A DNA stretch of 64,000 nucleotides from Escherichia coli (lineage in GTDB: Bacteria > Pseudomonadota > Gammaproteobacteria > Enterobacterales > Enterobacteriaceae). This document shows, piece after piece, positions 1 to 13,569 of the stretch. The DNA lies in NCBI RefSeq assembly GCF_044324875.1, contig NZ_CP172185.1. One strand, written 5' to 3'. The translations under genes were made by a program, and so were the position numbers. The notes under the pieces were generated by a model. That model was not told the DNA's origin. It worked only from the letters and a program-made list of their open reading frames with translations, and searched no databases. Every line of letters starts with the position of its first letter. The stretch's first letter is position 1.

Positions 1-180
1 TGCTTTGCTAATACGCCCACAAACTCTGTAAATTAATGTATGAATAATCCGGGCATCATTTCAACGTCGAGTGCGCGAAAGGCTGTTTTGACGCGGACGT
101 TTGGGCTATGCTATGCGGATCTGAAAAACCACCTCAACGCTACATTTGTAGCCGTATTGAAAACAGGACCACTGGCTGCC

Positions 181-2763
181 ATGCAAGAGCAATACCGCCC
201 GGAAGAGATAGAATCCAAAGTACAGCTTCATTGGGATGAGAAGCGCACATTTGAAGTAACCGAAGACGAGAGCAAAGAGAAGTATTACTGCCTGTCTATG
301 CTTCCCTATCCTTCTGGTCGACTACACATGGGCCACGTACGTAACTACACCATCGGTGACGTGATCGCCCGCTACCAGCGTATGCTGGGCAAAAACGTCC
401 TGCAGCCGATCGGCTGGGACGCGTTTGGTCTGCCTGCGGAAGGCGCGGCGGTGAAAAACAACACCGCACCGGCACCGTGGACGTACGACAACATCGCGTA
501 CATGAAAAACCAGCTCAAAATGCTGGGCTTTGGTTATGACTGGAGCCGCGAGCTGGCAACCTGTACGCCGGAATACTACCGTTGGGAACAGAAATTCTTC
601 ACCGAGCTGTATAAAAAAGGCCTGGTATATAAGAAGACTTCTGCGGTCAACTGGTGCCCGAACGACCAGACCGTACTGGCGAACGAACAAGTTATCGACG
701 GCTGCTGCTGGCGCTGCGATACCAAAGTTGAGCGTAAAGAGATCCCGCAGTGGTTTATCAAAATCACTGCTTACGCTGACGAGCTGCTCAACGATCTGGA
801 TAAACTGGATCACTGGCCAGACACCGTTAAAACCATGCAGCGTAACTGGATCGGTCGTTCCGAAGGCGTAGAAATCACTTTCAACGTTAACGACTATGAC
901 AACACGCTGACCGTTTACACTACCCGCCCGGACACCTTTATGGGTTGTACCTACCTGGCGGTAGCGGCAGGTCATCCGCTGGCGCAGAAAGCGGCGGAAA
1001 ATAATCCTGAACTGGCCGCCTTTATTGACGAATGCCGTAACACCAAAGTTGCCGAAGCTGAAATGGCGACGATGGAGAAAAAAGGCGTCGATACTGGCTT
1101 TAAAGCGGTTCACCCATTAACGGGCGAAGAAATTCCCGTTTGGGCAGCAAACTTCGTATTGATGGAGTACGGCACGGGCGCAGTTATGGCGGTTCCGGGT
1201 CACGACCAGCGCGACTACGAGTTTGCCTCTAAATACGGCCTGAACATCAAACCAGTTATTCTGGCGGCTGACGGTTCTGAACCCGATCTTTCTCAGCAAG
1301 CCCTGACCGAAAAAGGCGTGCTGTTCAACTCTGGCGAGTTCAACGGTCTTGACCATGAAGCGGCCTTCAACGCTATCGCCGATAAACTGACTGCGATGGG
1401 CGTTGGCGAGCGTAAAGTGAACTACCGCCTGCGCGACTGGGGTGTTTCCCGTCAGCGTTACTGGGGCGCGCCGATTCCGATGGTGACGCTGGAAGACGGT
1501 ACCGTAATGCCGACCCCGGACGACCAGCTGCCGGTGATCCTGCCGGAAGATGTGGTGATGGACGGCATTACCAGCCCGATTAAAGCAGATCCGGAGTGGG
1601 CAAAAACTACCGTTAACGGTATGCCAGCGCTGCGTGAAACCGACACTTTCGACACCTTTATGGAGTCCTCCTGGTACTATGCGCGCTACACTTGCCCGGA
1701 GTACAAAGAAGGTATGCTGGATTCCAAAGCGGCTAACTACTGGCTGCCGGTGGATATCTACATTGGTGGTATCGAACACGCCATTATGCACCTGCTCTAC
1801 TTCCGCTTCTTCCACAAACTGATGCGTGATGCAGGCATGGTGAACTCTGACGAACCAGCGAAACAGTTGCTGTGTCAGGGTATGGTGCTGGCAGATGCCT
1901 TCTACTATGTTGGCGAAAACGGCGAACGTAACTGGGTTTCCCCGGTTGATGCTATCGTTGAACGTGACGAGAAAGGCCGTATCGTGAAAGCGAAAGACGC
2001 GGCAGGTCATGAACTGGTTTATACCGGCATGAGCAAAATGTCCAAGTCGAAGAACAACGGTATCGACCCGCAGGTGATGGTTGAACGTTACGGCGCGGAC
2101 ACCGTTCGTCTGTTTATGATGTTTGCTTCTCCGGCGGATATGACTCTCGAATGGCAGGAATCCGGCGTGGAAGGGGCTAACCGCTTCCTGAAACGTGTCT
2201 GGAAACTGGTTTACGAGCACACAGCGAAAGGTGATGTTGCGGCACTGAACGTTGATGCGCTGACTGAAGATCAGAAAGCGCTGCGTCGCGATGTGCATAA
2301 AACGATCGCTAAAGTGACCGATGATATCGGCCGTCGTCAGACCTTCAACACCGCAATTGCGGCGATTATGGAGCTGATGAACAAACTGGCGAAAGCACCG
2401 ACCGATGGCGAGCAGGATCGCGCTCTGATGCAGGAAGCACTGCTGGCCGTTGTTCGTATGCTTAACCCGTTCACCCCGCACATCTGCTTCACGCTGTGGC
2501 AGGAACTGAAAGGCGAAGGCGATATCGACAACGCACCGTGGCCGGTTGCTGACGAAAAAGCGATGGTGGAAGACTCCACGCTGGTCGTGGTGCAGGTTAA
2601 CGGTAAAGTCCGTGCAAAAATCACCGTTCCGGTGGACGCAACGGAAGAACAGGTTCGCGAACGTGCTGGCCAGGAACATCTGGTAGCAAAATATCTTGAT
2701 GGCGTTACCGTGCGTAAAGTGATTTACGTACCCGGTAAACTCCTCAATCTGGTCGTTGGCTAA
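181..2763 (+). CDS. leuS: leucine--tRNA ligase
   Basis: ORF 40..2763 trimmed to internal ATG at 181 ([12 protein letters not shown]...), giving 860 aa; class I aaRS HMGH ([11 protein letters not shown]) and KMSKS motifs present. Confidence 0.95.
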   Translation: MQEQYRPEEIESKVQLHWDEKRTFEVTEDESKEKYYCLSMLPYPSGRLHMGHVRNYTIGDVIARYQRMLGKNVLQPIGWDAFGLPAEGAAVKNNTAPAPWTYDNIAYMKNQLKMLGFGYDWSRELATCTPEYYRWEQKFFTELYKKGLVYKKTSAVNWCPNDQTVLANEQVIDGCCWRCDTKVERKEIPQWFIKITAYADELLNDLDKLDHWPDTVKTMQRNWIGRSEGVEITFNVNDYDNTLTVYTTRPDTFMGCTYLAVAAGHPLAQKAAENNPELAAFIDECRNTKVAEAEMATMEKKGVDTGFKAVHPLTGEEIPVWAANFVLMEYGTGAVMAVPGHDQRDYEFASKYGLNIKPVILAADGSEPDLSQQALTEKGVLFNSGEFNGLDHEAAFNAIADKLTAMGVGERKVNYRLRDWGVSRQRYWGAPIPMVTLEDGTVMPTPDDQLPVILPEDVVMDGITSPIKADPEWAKTTVNGMPALRETDTFDTFMESSWYYARYTCPEYKEGMLDSKAANYWLPVDIYIGGIEHAIMHLLYFRFFHKLMRDAGMVNSDEPAKQLLCQGMVLADAFYYVGENGERNWVSPVDAIVERDEKGRIVKAKDAAGHELVYTGMSKMSKSKNNGIDPQVMVERYGADTVRLFMMFASPADMTLEWQESGVEGANRFLKRVWKLVYEHTAKGDVAALNVDALTEDQKALRRDVHKTIAKVTDDIGRRQTFNTAIAAIMELMNKLAKAPTDGEQDRALMQEALLAVVRMLNPFTPHICFTLWQELKGEGDIDNAPWPVADEKAMVEDSTLVVVQVNGKVRAKITVPVDATEEQVRERAGQEHLVAKYLDGVTVRKVIYVPGKLLNLVVG

Positions 2764-2777
2764 GCGCGGGAGGAAGC

Positions 2778-3341
2778 GTGCGATATCTGGCAACATTGTT
2801 GTTATCTCTGGCGGTGTTAATCACCGCCGGGTGTGGCTGGCATCTGCGTGATACCACGCAGGTTCCTTCCACTATGAAGGTCATGATCCTGGACTCAGGC
2901 GATCCGAACGGGCCATTAAGCCGTGCGGTGCGTAACCAGTTACGTCTGAATGGTGTCGAGTTGCTTGATAAAGAAACCACGCGTAAGGACGTTCCATCCC
3001 TGCGTTTGGGTTCTGTATCAATCTCGCAGGATACCGCTTCAGTTTTCCGTAATGGTCAAACAGCGGAATATCAGATGGTGATGACTGTCAGTGCGAGCGT
3101 ATTGATTCCGGGTCAAGATATTTACCCAATTAGCGCCAAAGTCTTCCGTTCGTTCTTTGATAACCCACAAATGGCGTTAGCGAAAGATAACGAACAGGAG
3201 ATGATTGTAAAAGAGATGTACGACCGTGCTGCCGAACAGTTGATCCGTAAACTGCCAAGCATCCGTGCTGCTGAAATTCGTTCTAACGAAGATGATGTAG
3301 CAGCAACGCCTGCACGCGTCTCTACCACGCTGGGTAACTGA
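2778..3341 (+). CDS. lptE: LPS assembly outer-membrane lipoprotein LptE (RlpB)
   Basis: GTG start; lipoprotein signal peptide with lipobox LITAGC; immediately downstream of leuS as in E. coli. Confidence 0.9.
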   Translation: MRYLATLLLSLAVLITAGCGWHLRDTTQVPSTMKVMILDSGDPNGPLSRAVRNQLRLNGVELLDKETTRKDVPSLRLGSVSISQDTASVFRNGQTAEYQMVMTVSASVLIPGQDIYPISAKVFRSFFDNPQMALAKDNEQEMIVKEMYDRAAEQLIRKLPSIRAAEIRSNEDDVAATPARVSTTLGN

Positions 3342-4372
3342 TGATTCGGTTGTACCCGGAACAACTCCGCGCGCAGCTCAATGAAGGGCTGCGCGCGGCG
3401 TATCTTTTACTTGGTAACGATCCTCTGTTATTGCAGGAAAGCCAGGACGCTATTCGTCAGGTAGCTGCGGTACAAGGATTCGAAGAACACCACACTTTTT
3501 CCATTGATCCCAACACTGACTGGAATGCGATCTTTTCGTTATGCCAGGCCATGAGTCTGTTTGCCAGTCGACAAACGCTATTGCTGTTGTTACCAGAAAA
3601 CGGACCGAATGCGGCGATTAATGAACAACTTCTCACACTCACCGGACTTCTGCATGACGACCTGCTGTTGATCGTCCGCGGTAATAAATTAAGCAAAGCG
3701 CAAGAAAATGCCGCCTGGTTTACTGCTCTTGCGAATCGCAGCGTGCAGGTGACCTGTCAGACACCGGAGCAGGCTCAGCTTCCCCGCTGGGTTGCTGCGC
3801 GCGCAAAACAGCTCAACTTAGAACTGGATGACGCGGCGAATCAGGTGCTCTGCTACTGTTATGAAGGTAACCTGCTGGCGCTGGCTCAGGCACTGGAGCG
3901 TTTATCGCTACTCTGGCCAGACGGCAAACTGACATTACCTCGCGTTGAACAGGCGGTGAATGATGCCGCGCATTTCACCCCTTTTCATTGGGTTGATGCT
4001 TTGTTGATGGGAAAAAGTAAGCGCGCGTTGCATATTCTTCAGCAACTGCGTCTGGAAGGCAGCGAACCGGTTATTTTGTTGCGCACATTACAACGTGAAC
4101 TGTTGTTACTGGTTAACCTGAAACGCCAGTCTGCCCATACGCCACTGCGTGCGTTGTTTGATAAGCATCGGGTATGGCAGAACCGCCGGGGCATGATGGG
4201 CGAGGCGTTAAATCGCTTAAGCCAGCCGCAGTTACGTCAGGCCGTGCAACTCCTGACACGAACGGAACTCACCCTCAAACAAGATTACGGTCAGTCAGTG
4301 TGGGCAGAGCTGGAAGGGTTATCTCTTCTGTTGTGCCATAAACCCCTGGCGGACGTATTTATCGACGGTTGA
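3341..4372 (+). CDS. holA: DNA polymerase III delta subunit
   Basis: 343-aa ORF, start overlaps lptE stop (ATGA); N-terminus [13 protein letters not shown] matches remembered HolA. Confidence 0.9.
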
Positions 4373-4373
4373 T

Positions 4374-5015
4374 ATGAAATCTTTACAGGCTCTGTTTGGT
4401 GGCACCTTTGATCCGGTGCACTATGGACATCTTAAACCCGTGGAAACGCTGGCGAATTTGATTGGTCTAACGCGGGTCACAATCATCCCTAATAATGTTC
4501 CTCCGCATCGTCCCCAGCCGGAAGCGAACAGCGTGCAGCGTAAACACATGCTTGAACTGGCGATTGCCGACAAGCCATTATTTACTCTTGATGAACGCGA
4601 GCTAAAGCGCAATGCCCCCTCTTACACTGCGCAAACACTGAAAGAGTGGCGGCAGGAACAAGGGCCAGACGTGCCGCTGGCGTTTATTATTGGTCAGGAT
4701 TCATTGCTGACCTTTCCGACCTGGTACGAATACGAAACGATACTCGACAATGCACATTTGATCGTCTGTCGGCGTCCAGGTTACCCACTTGAAATGGCGC
4801 AACCGCAATACCAGCAATGGCTGGAAGATCATTTGACACATAACCCGGAAGATCTTCACCTTCAGCCTGCCGGTAAAATTTATCTGGCTGAAACGCCGTG
4901 GTTTAACATCTCCGCGACCATCATCCGCGAACGTTTGCAAAACGGTGAATCGTGTGAAGATTTATTGCCGGAACCGGTACTGACTTACATTAACCAACAA
5001 GGCTTGTATCGCTGA
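4374..5015 (+). CDS. nadD: nicotinate-nucleotide adenylyltransferase
   Basis: 213 aa; nucleotidyltransferase motif [11 protein letters not shown] near N-terminus. Confidence 0.92.
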
Positions 5016-5038
5016 TACCTGTCGTTACGGAGGGCATG

Positions 5039-5650
5039 ATGCGACTGTGGTTAATTCGTCATGGCGAAACGCAAGCGAATATCGATGGTCTGTACAGCGG
5101 TCATGCTCCCACCCCCCTGACTGCGCGCGGTATTGAGCAAGCGCAAAATCTGCATACGCTGCTACATGGTGTTTCCTTTGACCTGGTTTTATGCAGTGAA
5201 CTGGAACGGGCACAGCATACCGCGCGACGGGTTCTCAGTGATCGCCAGCTCCCCGTGCAAATCATCCCTGAACTCAACGAAATATTTTTTGGCGACTGGG
5301 AGATGCGACATCATCGCGACCTCATGCAAGAAGATGCCGAAAACTATAGCGCGTGGTGCAATGACTGGCAGCATGCTATCCCCACGAACGGTGAAGGATT
5401 TCAGGCATTTTCACAACGTGTGGAACGGTTTATCGCAAGGCTTAGTGAATTTCAGCACTATCAGAATATTTTAGTCGTCAGCCATCAGGGTGTACTGAGT
5501 CTGTTAATCGCCCGTTTAATTGGTATGCCTGCCGAAGCTATGTGGCATTTTCGCGTTGACCAGGGGTGTTGGAGCGCCATTGATATCAACCAAAAATTCG
5601 CGACGCTACGCGTCCTCAATAGCCGTGCCATCGGGGTCGAGAATGCATGA
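5039..5650 (+). CDS. cobC: alpha-ribazole phosphatase / histidine phosphatase family (CobC/PhpB)
   Basis: RHGETQAN phosphohistidine motif; ORF track begins one codon earlier (5036, MM...); second ATG chosen. Confidence 0.85.
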   Translation: MRLWLIRHGETQANIDGLYSGHAPTPLTARGIEQAQNLHTLLHGVSFDLVLCSELERAQHTARRVLSDRQLPVQIIPELNEIFFGDWEMRHHRDLMQEDAENYSAWCNDWQHAIPTNGEGFQAFSQRVERFIARLSEFQHYQNILVVSHQGVLSLLIARLIGMPAEAMWHFRVDQGCWSAIDINQKFATLRVLNSRAIGVENA

Positions 5651-5686
5651 CTTTTCTGTTTTTTTACGGGTAAGCCGCAACGACCA

Positions 5687-5714
5687 TTGACAGCCCCGGG
5701 CAGGCTGATATTCT
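5687..5714 (+). promoter_or_regulatory. candidate sigma70 promoter upstream of rsfS-rlmH-mrdAB
   Basis: TTGACA, 16-nt spacer, TATTCT in the cobC-rsfS spacer; pattern match only. Confidence 0.3.
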
Positions 5715-5891
5715 CCGCAGCCAGACTTTTTTCGCCAGACACGACTTTGTAGAAATTGTTTTACAAAAATGGCGATGCAATCTGCGGCGCGGGGTGGGAT
5801 GATAGCCCACTTTCGAAAGCCGATTCGGCGACAATTGTCCCGAAATCGCCTCTGGTTCAGGTATACTGACAGACCATTTTTATCTATTTGA

Positions 5892-6227
<336 letters not shown>

Positions 6228-6230
6228 TGC

Positions 6231-6698
6231 GTGAAGCTGCAACTTGTCGCCGTGGGAACGAAAATGCCGGACTGGGTACAAACCGGTTTTACCGAGTACC
6301 TGCGTCGTTTTCCGAAAGATATGCCCTTCGAGCTGATTGAAATTCCGGCCGGAAAACGCGGCAAGAATGCGGACATCAAGCGCATACTCGACAAAGAGGG
6401 TGAGCAGATGTTGGCGGCCGCAGGCAAAAACCGCATTGTCACCCTCGATATTCCAGGCAAGCCCTGGGATACGCCGCAGTTAGCCGCTGAGCTGGAACGC
6501 TGGAAGCTGGATGGTCGCGACGTCAGTCTACTGATTGGCGGGCCTGAAGGGTTGTCGCCTGCCTGTAAAGCGGCGGCGGAGCAGAGCTGGTCGCTGTCGG
6601 CGCTTACCCTCCCCCATCCGTTGGTTCGCGTGCTGGTCGCAGAGAGTCTGTACCGGGCGTGGAGCATCACCACCAACCATCCTTATCACCGTGAGTGA
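6231..6698 (+). CDS. rlmH: 23S rRNA m3-pseudouridine1915 methyltransferase RlmH (YbeA)
   Basis: 155-aa ORF, GTG start 3 nt after rsfS stop; SPOUT-family size and sequence. Confidence 0.88.
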
Positions 6699-6728
6699 TA
6701 AGGGAGCTTTGAGTAGAAAACGCAGCGG

Positions 6729-8630
6729 ATGAAACTACAGAACTCTTTTCGCGACTATACGGCAGAGTCCGCGCTGTTTGTGCGCCGGGCGCTGGTCGCC
6801 TTTTTGGGGATTTTGCTGCTGACCGGCGTGCTTATCGCCAACCTGTATAATCTGCAAATTGTTCGCTTTACCGATTACCAGACCCGCTCTAATGAAAACC
6901 GCATTAAGCTGGTGCCTATCGCGCCCAGCCGCGGCATTATCTACGACCGTAACGGTATCCCTCTGGCACTTAACCGCACTATCTACCAGATAGAGATGAT
7001 GCCGGAGAAAGTCGATAACGTGCAGCAAACGCTGGACGCTTTGCGCAGCGTGGTTGATCTGACCGATGACGATATTGCTGCATTCCGAAAAGAGCGCGCA
7101 CGTTCACACCGTTTCACCTCCATTCCGGTGAAAACTAACCTGACCGAAGTACAAGTAGCTCGCTTTGCCGTCAATCAGTACCGTTTTCCGGGTGTTGAAG
7201 TTAAAGGCTATAAACGTCGTTACTATCCTTACGGTTCGGCGTTGACCCACGTCATCGGCTATGTGTCGAAAATCAACGATAAAGACGTCGAACGCCTGAA
7301 TAATGACGGCAAACTGGCCAACTATGCGGCAACGCATGATATCGGTAAGCTGGGCATTGAGCGTTACTATGAAGATGTGCTGCACGGTCAGACTGGTTAT
7401 GAAGAGGTTGAAGTTAACAACCGTGGGCGTGTTATCCGCCAGTTAAAAGAAGTGCCACCGCAAGCCGGACACGATATTTACCTGACGCTGGATCTCAAAC
7501 TCCAGCAATATATTGAAACGCTGCTGGCGGGTAGCCGCGCAGCGGTGGTAGTCACCGACCCGCGTACAGGTGGGGTGCTGGCGCTGGTTTCCACGCCTAG
7601 TTATGACCCAAACCTATTTGTTGACGGTATCTCCAGCAAAGATTATTCCGCCTTGCTGAACGACCCGAATACACCGCTGGTGAACCGCGCCACACAGGGG
7701 GTTTATCCTCCCGCGTCTACAGTTAAACCCTATGTGGCGGTTTCGGCATTGAGCGCCGGAGTGATCACGCGCAATACGACGCTGTTTGACCCAGGCTGGT
7801 GGCAACTGCCAGGTTCGGAAAAACGTTATCGTGACTGGAAAAAATGGGGCCACGGGCGTCTGAATGTCACAAGATCGCTGGAAGAATCTGCGGATACCTT
7901 CTTCTATCAGGTGGCCTACGATATGGGAATCGATCGCCTCTCCGAATGGATGGGTAAATTCGGTTATGGTCATTACACCGGTATCGACCTGGCGGAAGAA
8001 CGTTCCGGCAACATGCCTACCCGCGAATGGAAACAGAAACGCTTTAAAAAACCGTGGTATCAGGGTGACACCATTCCGGTTGGTATCGGTCAGGGTTACT
8101 GGACAGCGACCCCAATCCAGATGAGTAAGGCACTGATGATCCTGATTAATGACGGTATCGTGAAGGTTCCGCATTTGCTGATGAGCACCGCCGAAGACGG
8201 CAAACAGGTGCCATGGGTACAACCGCATGAACCGCCCGTCGGCGATATTCATTCCGGTTACTGGGAGCTGGCAAAAGACGGTATGTACGGTGTTGCTAAC
8301 CGCCCTAACGGTACGGCGCATAAATACTTTGCCAGCGCACCGTACAAAATTGCGGCGAAATCTGGTACCGCTCAGGTCTTCGGTCTGAAAGCGAACGAAA
8401 CCTATAATGCGCACAAAATTGCCGAGCGTTTACGTGACCACAAACTGATGACCGCCTTTGCGCCATACAACAATCCGCAAGTCGCTGTCGCCATGATTCT
8501 GGAGAACGGCGGTGCGGGTCCGGCGGTTGGTACGCTGATGCGCCAGATCCTCGACCACATTATGCTGGGTGATAACAACACCGATCTGCCTGCGGAAAAT
8601 CCAGCGGTTGCCGCAGCGGAGGACCATTAA
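6729..8630 (+). CDS. mrdA: peptidoglycan D,D-transpeptidase PBP2
   Basis: 633 aa; N-terminal membrane anchor; SxxK active site (STVKP); gene order with rodA. Confidence 0.95.
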   Translation: MKLQNSFRDYTAESALFVRRALVAFLGILLLTGVLIANLYNLQIVRFTDYQTRSNENRIKLVPIAPSRGIIYDRNGIPLALNRTIYQIEMMPEKVDNVQQTLDALRSVVDLTDDDIAAFRKERARSHRFTSIPVKTNLTEVQVARFAVNQYRFPGVEVKGYKRRYYPYGSALTHVIGYVSKINDKDVERLNNDGKLANYAATHDIGKLGIERYYEDVLHGQTGYEEVEVNNRGRVIRQLKEVPPQAGHDIYLTLDLKLQQYIETLLAGSRAAVVVTDPRTGGVLALVSTPSYDPNLFVDGISSKDYSALLNDPNTPLVNRATQGVYPPASTVKPYVAVSALSAGVITRNTTLFDPGWWQLPGSEKRYRDWKKWGHGRLNVTRSLEESADTFFYQVAYDMGIDRLSEWMGKFGYGHYTGIDLAEERSGNMPTREWKQKRFKKPWYQGDTIPVGIGQGYWTATPIQMSKALMILINDGIVKVPHLLMSTAEDGKQVPWVQPHEPPVGDIHSGYWELAKDGMYGVANRPNGTAHKYFASAPYKIAAKSGTAQVFGLKANETYNAHKIAERLRDHKLMTAFAPYNNPQVAVAMILENGGAGPAVGTLMRQILDHIMLGDNNTDLPAENPAVAAAEDH

Positions 8631-8632
8631 TC

Positions 8633-9745
8633 ATGACGGATAATCCGAATAAAAAAACATTCTGGGATAAAGTCCATCTCGATCCCACAATGCTGCTGAT
8701 CTTACTGGCATTGCTGGTTTACAGCGCCCTGGTTATCTGGAGCGCCAGCGGTCAGGATATTGGCATGATGGAGCGTAAAATCGGCCAAATCGCGATGGGT
8801 CTGGTCATCATGGTGGTGATGGCGCAAATTCCTCCACGCGTTTATGAAGGCTGGGCCCCCTATCTCTATATCATCTGTATTATTTTGCTGGTGGCGGTAG
8901 ATGCTTTCGGTGCCATCTCTAAAGGCGCTCAACGCTGGCTGGACCTCGGTATTGTTCGTTTTCAGCCGTCGGAAATTGCCAAAATAGCCGTACCACTGAT
9001 GGTTGCGCGCTTTATCAACCGCGACGTTTGCCCGCCATCGTTGAAGAACACTGGCATCGCGCTGGTGCTGATATTTATGCCTACGCTGCTGGTGGCTGCA
9101 CAGCCTGACCTGGGAACATCAATCCTCGTTGCGCTTTCCGGTCTGTTTGTACTGTTCCTCTCTGGCCTTAGCTGGCGTCTGATTGGCGTCGCAGTAGTGC
9201 TGGTAGCGGCGTTCATTCCGATTCTGTGGTTCTTCCTGATGCATGATTACCAGCGCCAGCGCGTAATGATGCTCCTGGACCCGGAATCAGACCCACTCGG
9301 CGCGGGCTATCACATTATTCAGTCTAAAATTGCTATTGGCTCCGGCGGATTACGCGGCAAAGGCTGGCTGCATGGCACTCAGTCACAACTTGAATTTCTC
9401 CCCGAACGCCATACCGACTTTATCTTCGCGGTACTGGCGGAAGAGCTGGGATTAGTGGGCATTTTGATTCTGCTCGCTCTCTACATTCTGCTGATCATGC
9501 GCGGGCTGTGGATAGCCGCCAGAGCGCAAACCACCTTTGGTCGCGTCATGGCTGGCGGCTTAATGCTGATATTATTCGTTTATGTCTTCGTAAATATTGG
9601 TATGGTAAGCGGTATTCTGCCGGTTGTAGGGGTTCCGCTCCCACTGGTCAGTTATGGAGGATCGGCGCTAATTGTGCTGATGGCTGGGTTCGGGATTGTA
9701 ATGTCAATCCACACCCACAGGAAAATGTTGTCGAAAAGCGTGTAA
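8633..9745 (+). CDS. mrdB: SEDS-family peptidoglycan glycosyltransferase RodA
   Basis: 370 aa, multi-pass membrane protein directly after mrdA. Confidence 0.95.
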   Translation: MTDNPNKKTFWDKVHLDPTMLLILLALLVYSALVIWSASGQDIGMMERKIGQIAMGLVIMVVMAQIPPRVYEGWAPYLYIICIILLVAVDAFGAISKGAQRWLDLGIVRFQPSEIAKIAVPLMVARFINRDVCPPSLKNTGIALVLIFMPTLLVAAQPDLGTSILVALSGLFVLFLSGLSWRLIGVAVVLVAAFIPILWFFLMHDYQRQRVMMLLDPESDPLGAGYHIIQSKIAIGSGGLRGKGWLHGTQSQLEFLPERHTDFIFAVLAEELGLVGILILLALYILLIMRGLWIAARAQTTFGRVMAGGLMLILFVYVFVNIGMVSGILPVVGVPLPLVSYGGSALIVLMAGFGIVMSIHTHRKMLSKSV

Positions 9746-9755
9746 GAGGTGCGCA

Positions 9756-10844
9756 ATGCGTAAGCAGTGGCTCGGGATCTGCATCGCGGCAGGAATGCTC
9801 GCGGCATGTACAAGCGATGATGGTCAGCAACAGACGGTAAGTGTACCGCAGCCTGCGGTATGTAACGGCCCCATAGTTGAAATTAGCGGGGCGGACCCGC
9901 GTTTCGAACCACTGAACGCGACGGCAAATCAGGATTACCAGCGCGACGGTAAAAGCTACAAAATCGTGCAGGATCCGTCTCGATTTAGCCAGGCGGGACT
10001 GGCGGCAATCTATGATGCCGAACCCGGCAGTAACCTGACGGCCTCTGGCGAAGCTTTCGATCCGACACAGTTGACGGCGGCCCATCCAACGCTTCCGATC
10101 CCCAGCTACGCCAGAATCACTAACCTGGCTAACGGGCGAATGATCGTGGTGCGCATTAATGATCGCGGTCCTTACGGCAACGACCGCGTTATTTCGCTTT
10201 CTCGCGCGGCAGCTGACCGTCTTAACACGTCAAACAACACCAAAGTTCGTATCGATCCGATTATTGTCGCCCAGGATGGTTCGCTTTCTGGTCCTGGTAT
10301 GGCCTGTACCACAGTTGCTAAACAGACTTACGCCCTGCCTGCACCTCCCGATTTAAGCGGCGGCGCGGGAACAAGTTCAGTGTCTGGCCCGCAGGGTGAC
10401 ATTCTTCCGGTCAGTAATTCGACGCTAAAAAGCGAAGATCCGACCGGCGCGCCGGTAACCAGCAGCGGTTTCCTCGGTGCACCAACGACCTTAGCGCCTG
10501 GTGTTCTGGAAGGCAGCGAACCAACGCCTGCACCACAGCCCGTTGTTACAGCTCCGTCGACAACACCTGCAACCTCGCCTGCAATGGTGACACCGCAAGC
10601 CGCCTCGCAAAGCGCCAGCGGCAACTTTATGGTGCAAGTCGGGGCCGTTAGCGATCAGGCTCGTGCGCAACAGTACCAACAGCAACTGGGACAGAAGTTC
10701 GGCGTCCCCGGTCGCGTAACTCAAAATGGCGCGGTCTGGCGGATCCAGCTTGGCCCATTCGCCAGCAAAGCCGAAGCCAGTACCTTGCAGCAACGTTTAC
10801 AAACCGAAGCCCAATTACAGTCATTTATTACCACCGCGCAGTAG
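9756..10844 (+). CDS. rlpA: rare lipoprotein A (endolytic transglycosylase, SPOR domain)
   Basis: 362 aa; lipoprotein signal (LAACTSDD); Pro/Ser/Thr-rich linker; C-terminal SPOR-like region. Confidence 0.92.
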   Translation: MRKQWLGICIAAGMLAACTSDDGQQQTVSVPQPAVCNGPIVEISGADPRFEPLNATANQDYQRDGKSYKIVQDPSRFSQAGLAAIYDAEPGSNLTASGEAFDPTQLTAAHPTLPIPSYARITNLANGRMIVVRINDRGPYGNDRVISLSRAAADRLNTSNNTKVRIDPIIVAQDGSLSGPGMACTTVAKQTYALPAPPDLSGGAGTSSVSGPQGDILPVSNSTLKSEDPTGAPVTSSGFLGAPTTLAPGVLEGSEPTPAPQPVVTAPSTTPATSPAMVTPQAASQSASGNFMVQVGAVSDQARAQQYQQQLGQKFGVPGRVTQNGAVWRIQLGPFASKAEASTLQQRLQTEAQLQSFITTAQ

Positions 10845-10983
10845 CGTAAAGCAGGCATCTGATGTGTCAATTTCTGTAAATGACGTTAACAAAGTCACGC
10901 GGAAAGTCAGATGCCTGCCGGTAGTGCATTTGCTATAGTAGGGCACTTTTTTTAATTCCATCACGGATGTCGTAGTTCAGACC

Positions 10984-12195
10984 ATGAATACCATTTTTTC
11001 CGCTCGTATCATGAAGCGCCTGGCGCTCACCACGGCTCTTTGCACAGCCTTTATCTCTGCTGCACATGCCGATGACCTGAATATCAAAACTATGATCCCG
11101 GGTGTACCGCAGATCGATGCGGAGTCCTACATCCTGATTGACTATAACTCCGGCAAAGTGCTCGCCGAACAGAACGCAGATGTCCGCCGCGATCCTGCCA
11201 GCCTGACCAAAATGATGACCAGTTACGTTATCGGCCAGGCAATGAAAGCCGGTAAATTTAAAGAAACTGATTTAGTCACCATCGGTAACGACGCATGGGC
11301 TACCGGTAACCCGGTGTTTAAAGGCTCTTCGCTGATGTTCCTCAAACCGGGCATGCAGGTTCCGGTTTCTCAGCTGATCCGCGGTATTAACCTGCAATCG
11401 GGTAACGATGCTTGCGTCGCCATGGCCGATTTTGCCGCTGGTAGCCAGGACGCTTTTGTTGGCTTGATGAACAGCTACGTTAACGCCCTGGGCCTGAAAA
11501 ATACCCACTTCCAGACGGTACATGGTCTGGATGCTGATGGTCAGTACAGCTCCGCGCGAGATATGGCGCTGATCGGCCAGGCGTTGATCCGTGACGTACC
11601 GAATGAATACTCGATCTATAAAGAAAAAGAATTTACGTTTAACGGTATTCGCCAGCTGAACCGTAACGGCCTGTTATGGGATAACAGCCTGAATGTCGAC
11701 GGCATCAAAACCGGACACACTGACAAAGCAGGTTACAACCTTGTTGCTTCTGCGACTGAAGGCCAGATGCGCTTGATCTCTGCGGTGATGGGCGGACGTA
11801 CTTTTAAAGGCCGTGAAGCCGAAAGTAAAAAACTGCTAACCTGGGGCTTCCGTTTCTTCGAAACCGTTAACCCACTGAAAGTAGGTAAAGAGTTCGCCTC
11901 TGAACCGGTTTGGTTTGGTGATTCTGATCGCGCTTCGTTAGGTGTTGATAAAGACGTGTACCTGACCATTCCGCGTGGCCGCATGAAAGATCTGAAAGCC
12001 AGCTATGTGCTGAACAGCAGTGAATTGCATGCGCCGCTGCAAAAGAATCAGGTCGTCGGTACTATCAACTTCCAGCTTGATGGCAAAACGATCGAACAAC
12101 GCCCGCTGGTCGTGCTGCAAGAAATCCCGGAAGGCAACTTCTTCGGCAAAATCATTGATTACATTAAATTAATGTTCCATCACTGGTTTGGTTAA
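10984..12195 (+). CDS. dacA: D-alanyl-D-alanine carboxypeptidase PBP5
   Basis: 403 aa; signal peptide; SxxK (SLTK), SGN and KTG motifs. Confidence 0.95.
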
Positions 12196-12246
12196 AAATC
12201 GAACACTTGAAAGTGTAATTTCCGTCCCCATATACTAAGCATCAGT

Positions 12247-12280
12247 AAAAAACTCCCGCCTTCTGGCGGGAGTTGCTATT
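12247..12280 (+). terminator. rho-independent terminator downstream of dacA
   Basis: GC stem CTCCCGCC/GGCGGGAG with TTCT loop followed by T-rich tract. Confidence 0.6.
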
Positions 12281-12304
12281 TAATTACGTTACGCCGGAGC
12301 TGAC

Positions 12305-12568
12305 ATGAAAACCAAACTTAACGAACTGCTTGAATTCCCTACTCCTTTTACTTACAAAGTTATGGGGCAGGCGTTACCTGAGCTGGTTGATCAGGTGGTT
12401 GAAGTGGTACAGCGCCATGCGCCAGGTGACTACACCCCAACGGTAAAACCAAGCAGCAAAGGCAACTACCACTCGGTATCTATCACTATCAACGCGACTC
12501 ATATCGAGCAGGTTGAAACACTGTATGAAGAACTGGGCAAAATCGATATTGTCCGCATGGTTCTGTAA
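12305..12568 (+). CDS. ybeD: UPF0250 family protein YbeD
   Basis: 87-aa ORF matching remembered YbeD; position between dacA and lipB. Confidence 0.85.
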
Positions 12569-12668
12569 CTCGCTTCTCCGTTACCCGGCTCCTGGTCGGG
12601 TAACTCCCCTCTCCTCGCTGTGATATACTTTTCCCCCACTTTTACTCATTCTCCACGGAGATGCCGTT

Positions 12669-13310
12669 TTGTATCAGGATAAAATTCTTGTCCGCCAGCT
12701 CGGTCTTCAGCCTTACGAGCCAATCTCCCAGGCTATGCATGAATTCACCGATACCCGCGATGAAAGTACCCTTGATGAAATCTGGCTGGTCGAGCACTAT
12801 CCGGTATTTACCCAAGGGCAGGCAGGAAAAGCGGAGCACATTTTAATGCCGGGTGATATTCCGGTGATTCAGAGCGATCGCGGTGGGCAGGTGACTTATC
12901 ACGGGCCGGGGCAACAGGTGATGTATGTGTTGCTTAACCTGAAACGCCGTAAACTCGGTGTGCGTGAACTGGTGACCTTGCTTGAGCAAACAGTGGTGAA
13001 TACCCTGGCTGAACTGGGTATAGAAGCACATCCTCGGGCTGACGCGCCTGGTGTCTATGTCGGGGAAAAGAAAATTTGCTCACTGGGTTTACGTATTCGA
13101 CGCGGTTGTTCATTCCACGGTCTGGCATTAAACGTCAATATGGATCTTTCACCATTTTTACGTATTAATCCTTGTGGGTATGCCGGAATGGAAATGGCTA
13201 AAATATCACAATGGAAACCCGAAGCGACGACTAATAATATTGCACCACGTTTACTGGAAAATATTTTAGCGCTACTAAACAATCCTGACTTCGAATATAT
13301 TACCGCTTAA
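12669..13310 (+). CDS. lipB: octanoyltransferase LipB
   Basis: 213 aa, TTG start; sequence matches remembered LipB. Confidence 0.9.
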   Translation: MYQDKILVRQLGLQPYEPISQAMHEFTDTRDESTLDEIWLVEHYPVFTQGQAGKAEHILMPGDIPVIQSDRGGQVTYHGPGQQVMYVLLNLKRRKLGVRELVTLLEQTVVNTLAELGIEAHPRADAPGVYVGEKKICSLGLRIRRGCSFHGLALNVNMDLSPFLRINPCGYAGMEMAKISQWKPEATTNNIAPRLLENILALLNNPDFEYITA

Positions 13311-13569
13311 TTGCATACATCAATGGCCCAATTTACGCTGGGTCATTACTCATAATACCTGCTAATGCTTTACATCTCCTTCGCGTTTGTATATTTTCTT
13401 TATCACTTGCAGAAATGCGATGCTACGCCTTGCTCCGTAACTCACCCCATTGATTAACTTATTGAAATAGTTGATTATGGTGAGCAAAAGCGTTCCGTTC
13501 CAATTAGACATAAGATTATTGTAATTTTTTTTAATATTATTTTTCCATGAATAAAATTGGAGTAAGTGC

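Noticed and set aside
40-180. N-terminal extension of the leuS ORF (and analogous upstream extensions for cspE, pagP, dpiB, citC, citE, rna, uspG, ahpF, dsbG, ybdO, entA, entE, entC, fepC, fepE, entF, ybdZ, fepA)
   Set aside because: The internal start reproduces the known mature protein length and N-terminus and has better start context; the extensions are read-through of upstream spacer or the preceding gene
1117-2796. 559-aa ORF on the minus strand, fully antisense to leuS (also 322..1113 minus, 263 aa)
   Set aside because: Lies entirely inside a highly conserved essential gene; Arg/His/Val-rich low-complexity translation typical of antisense frames of GC-rich coding DNA; no start context
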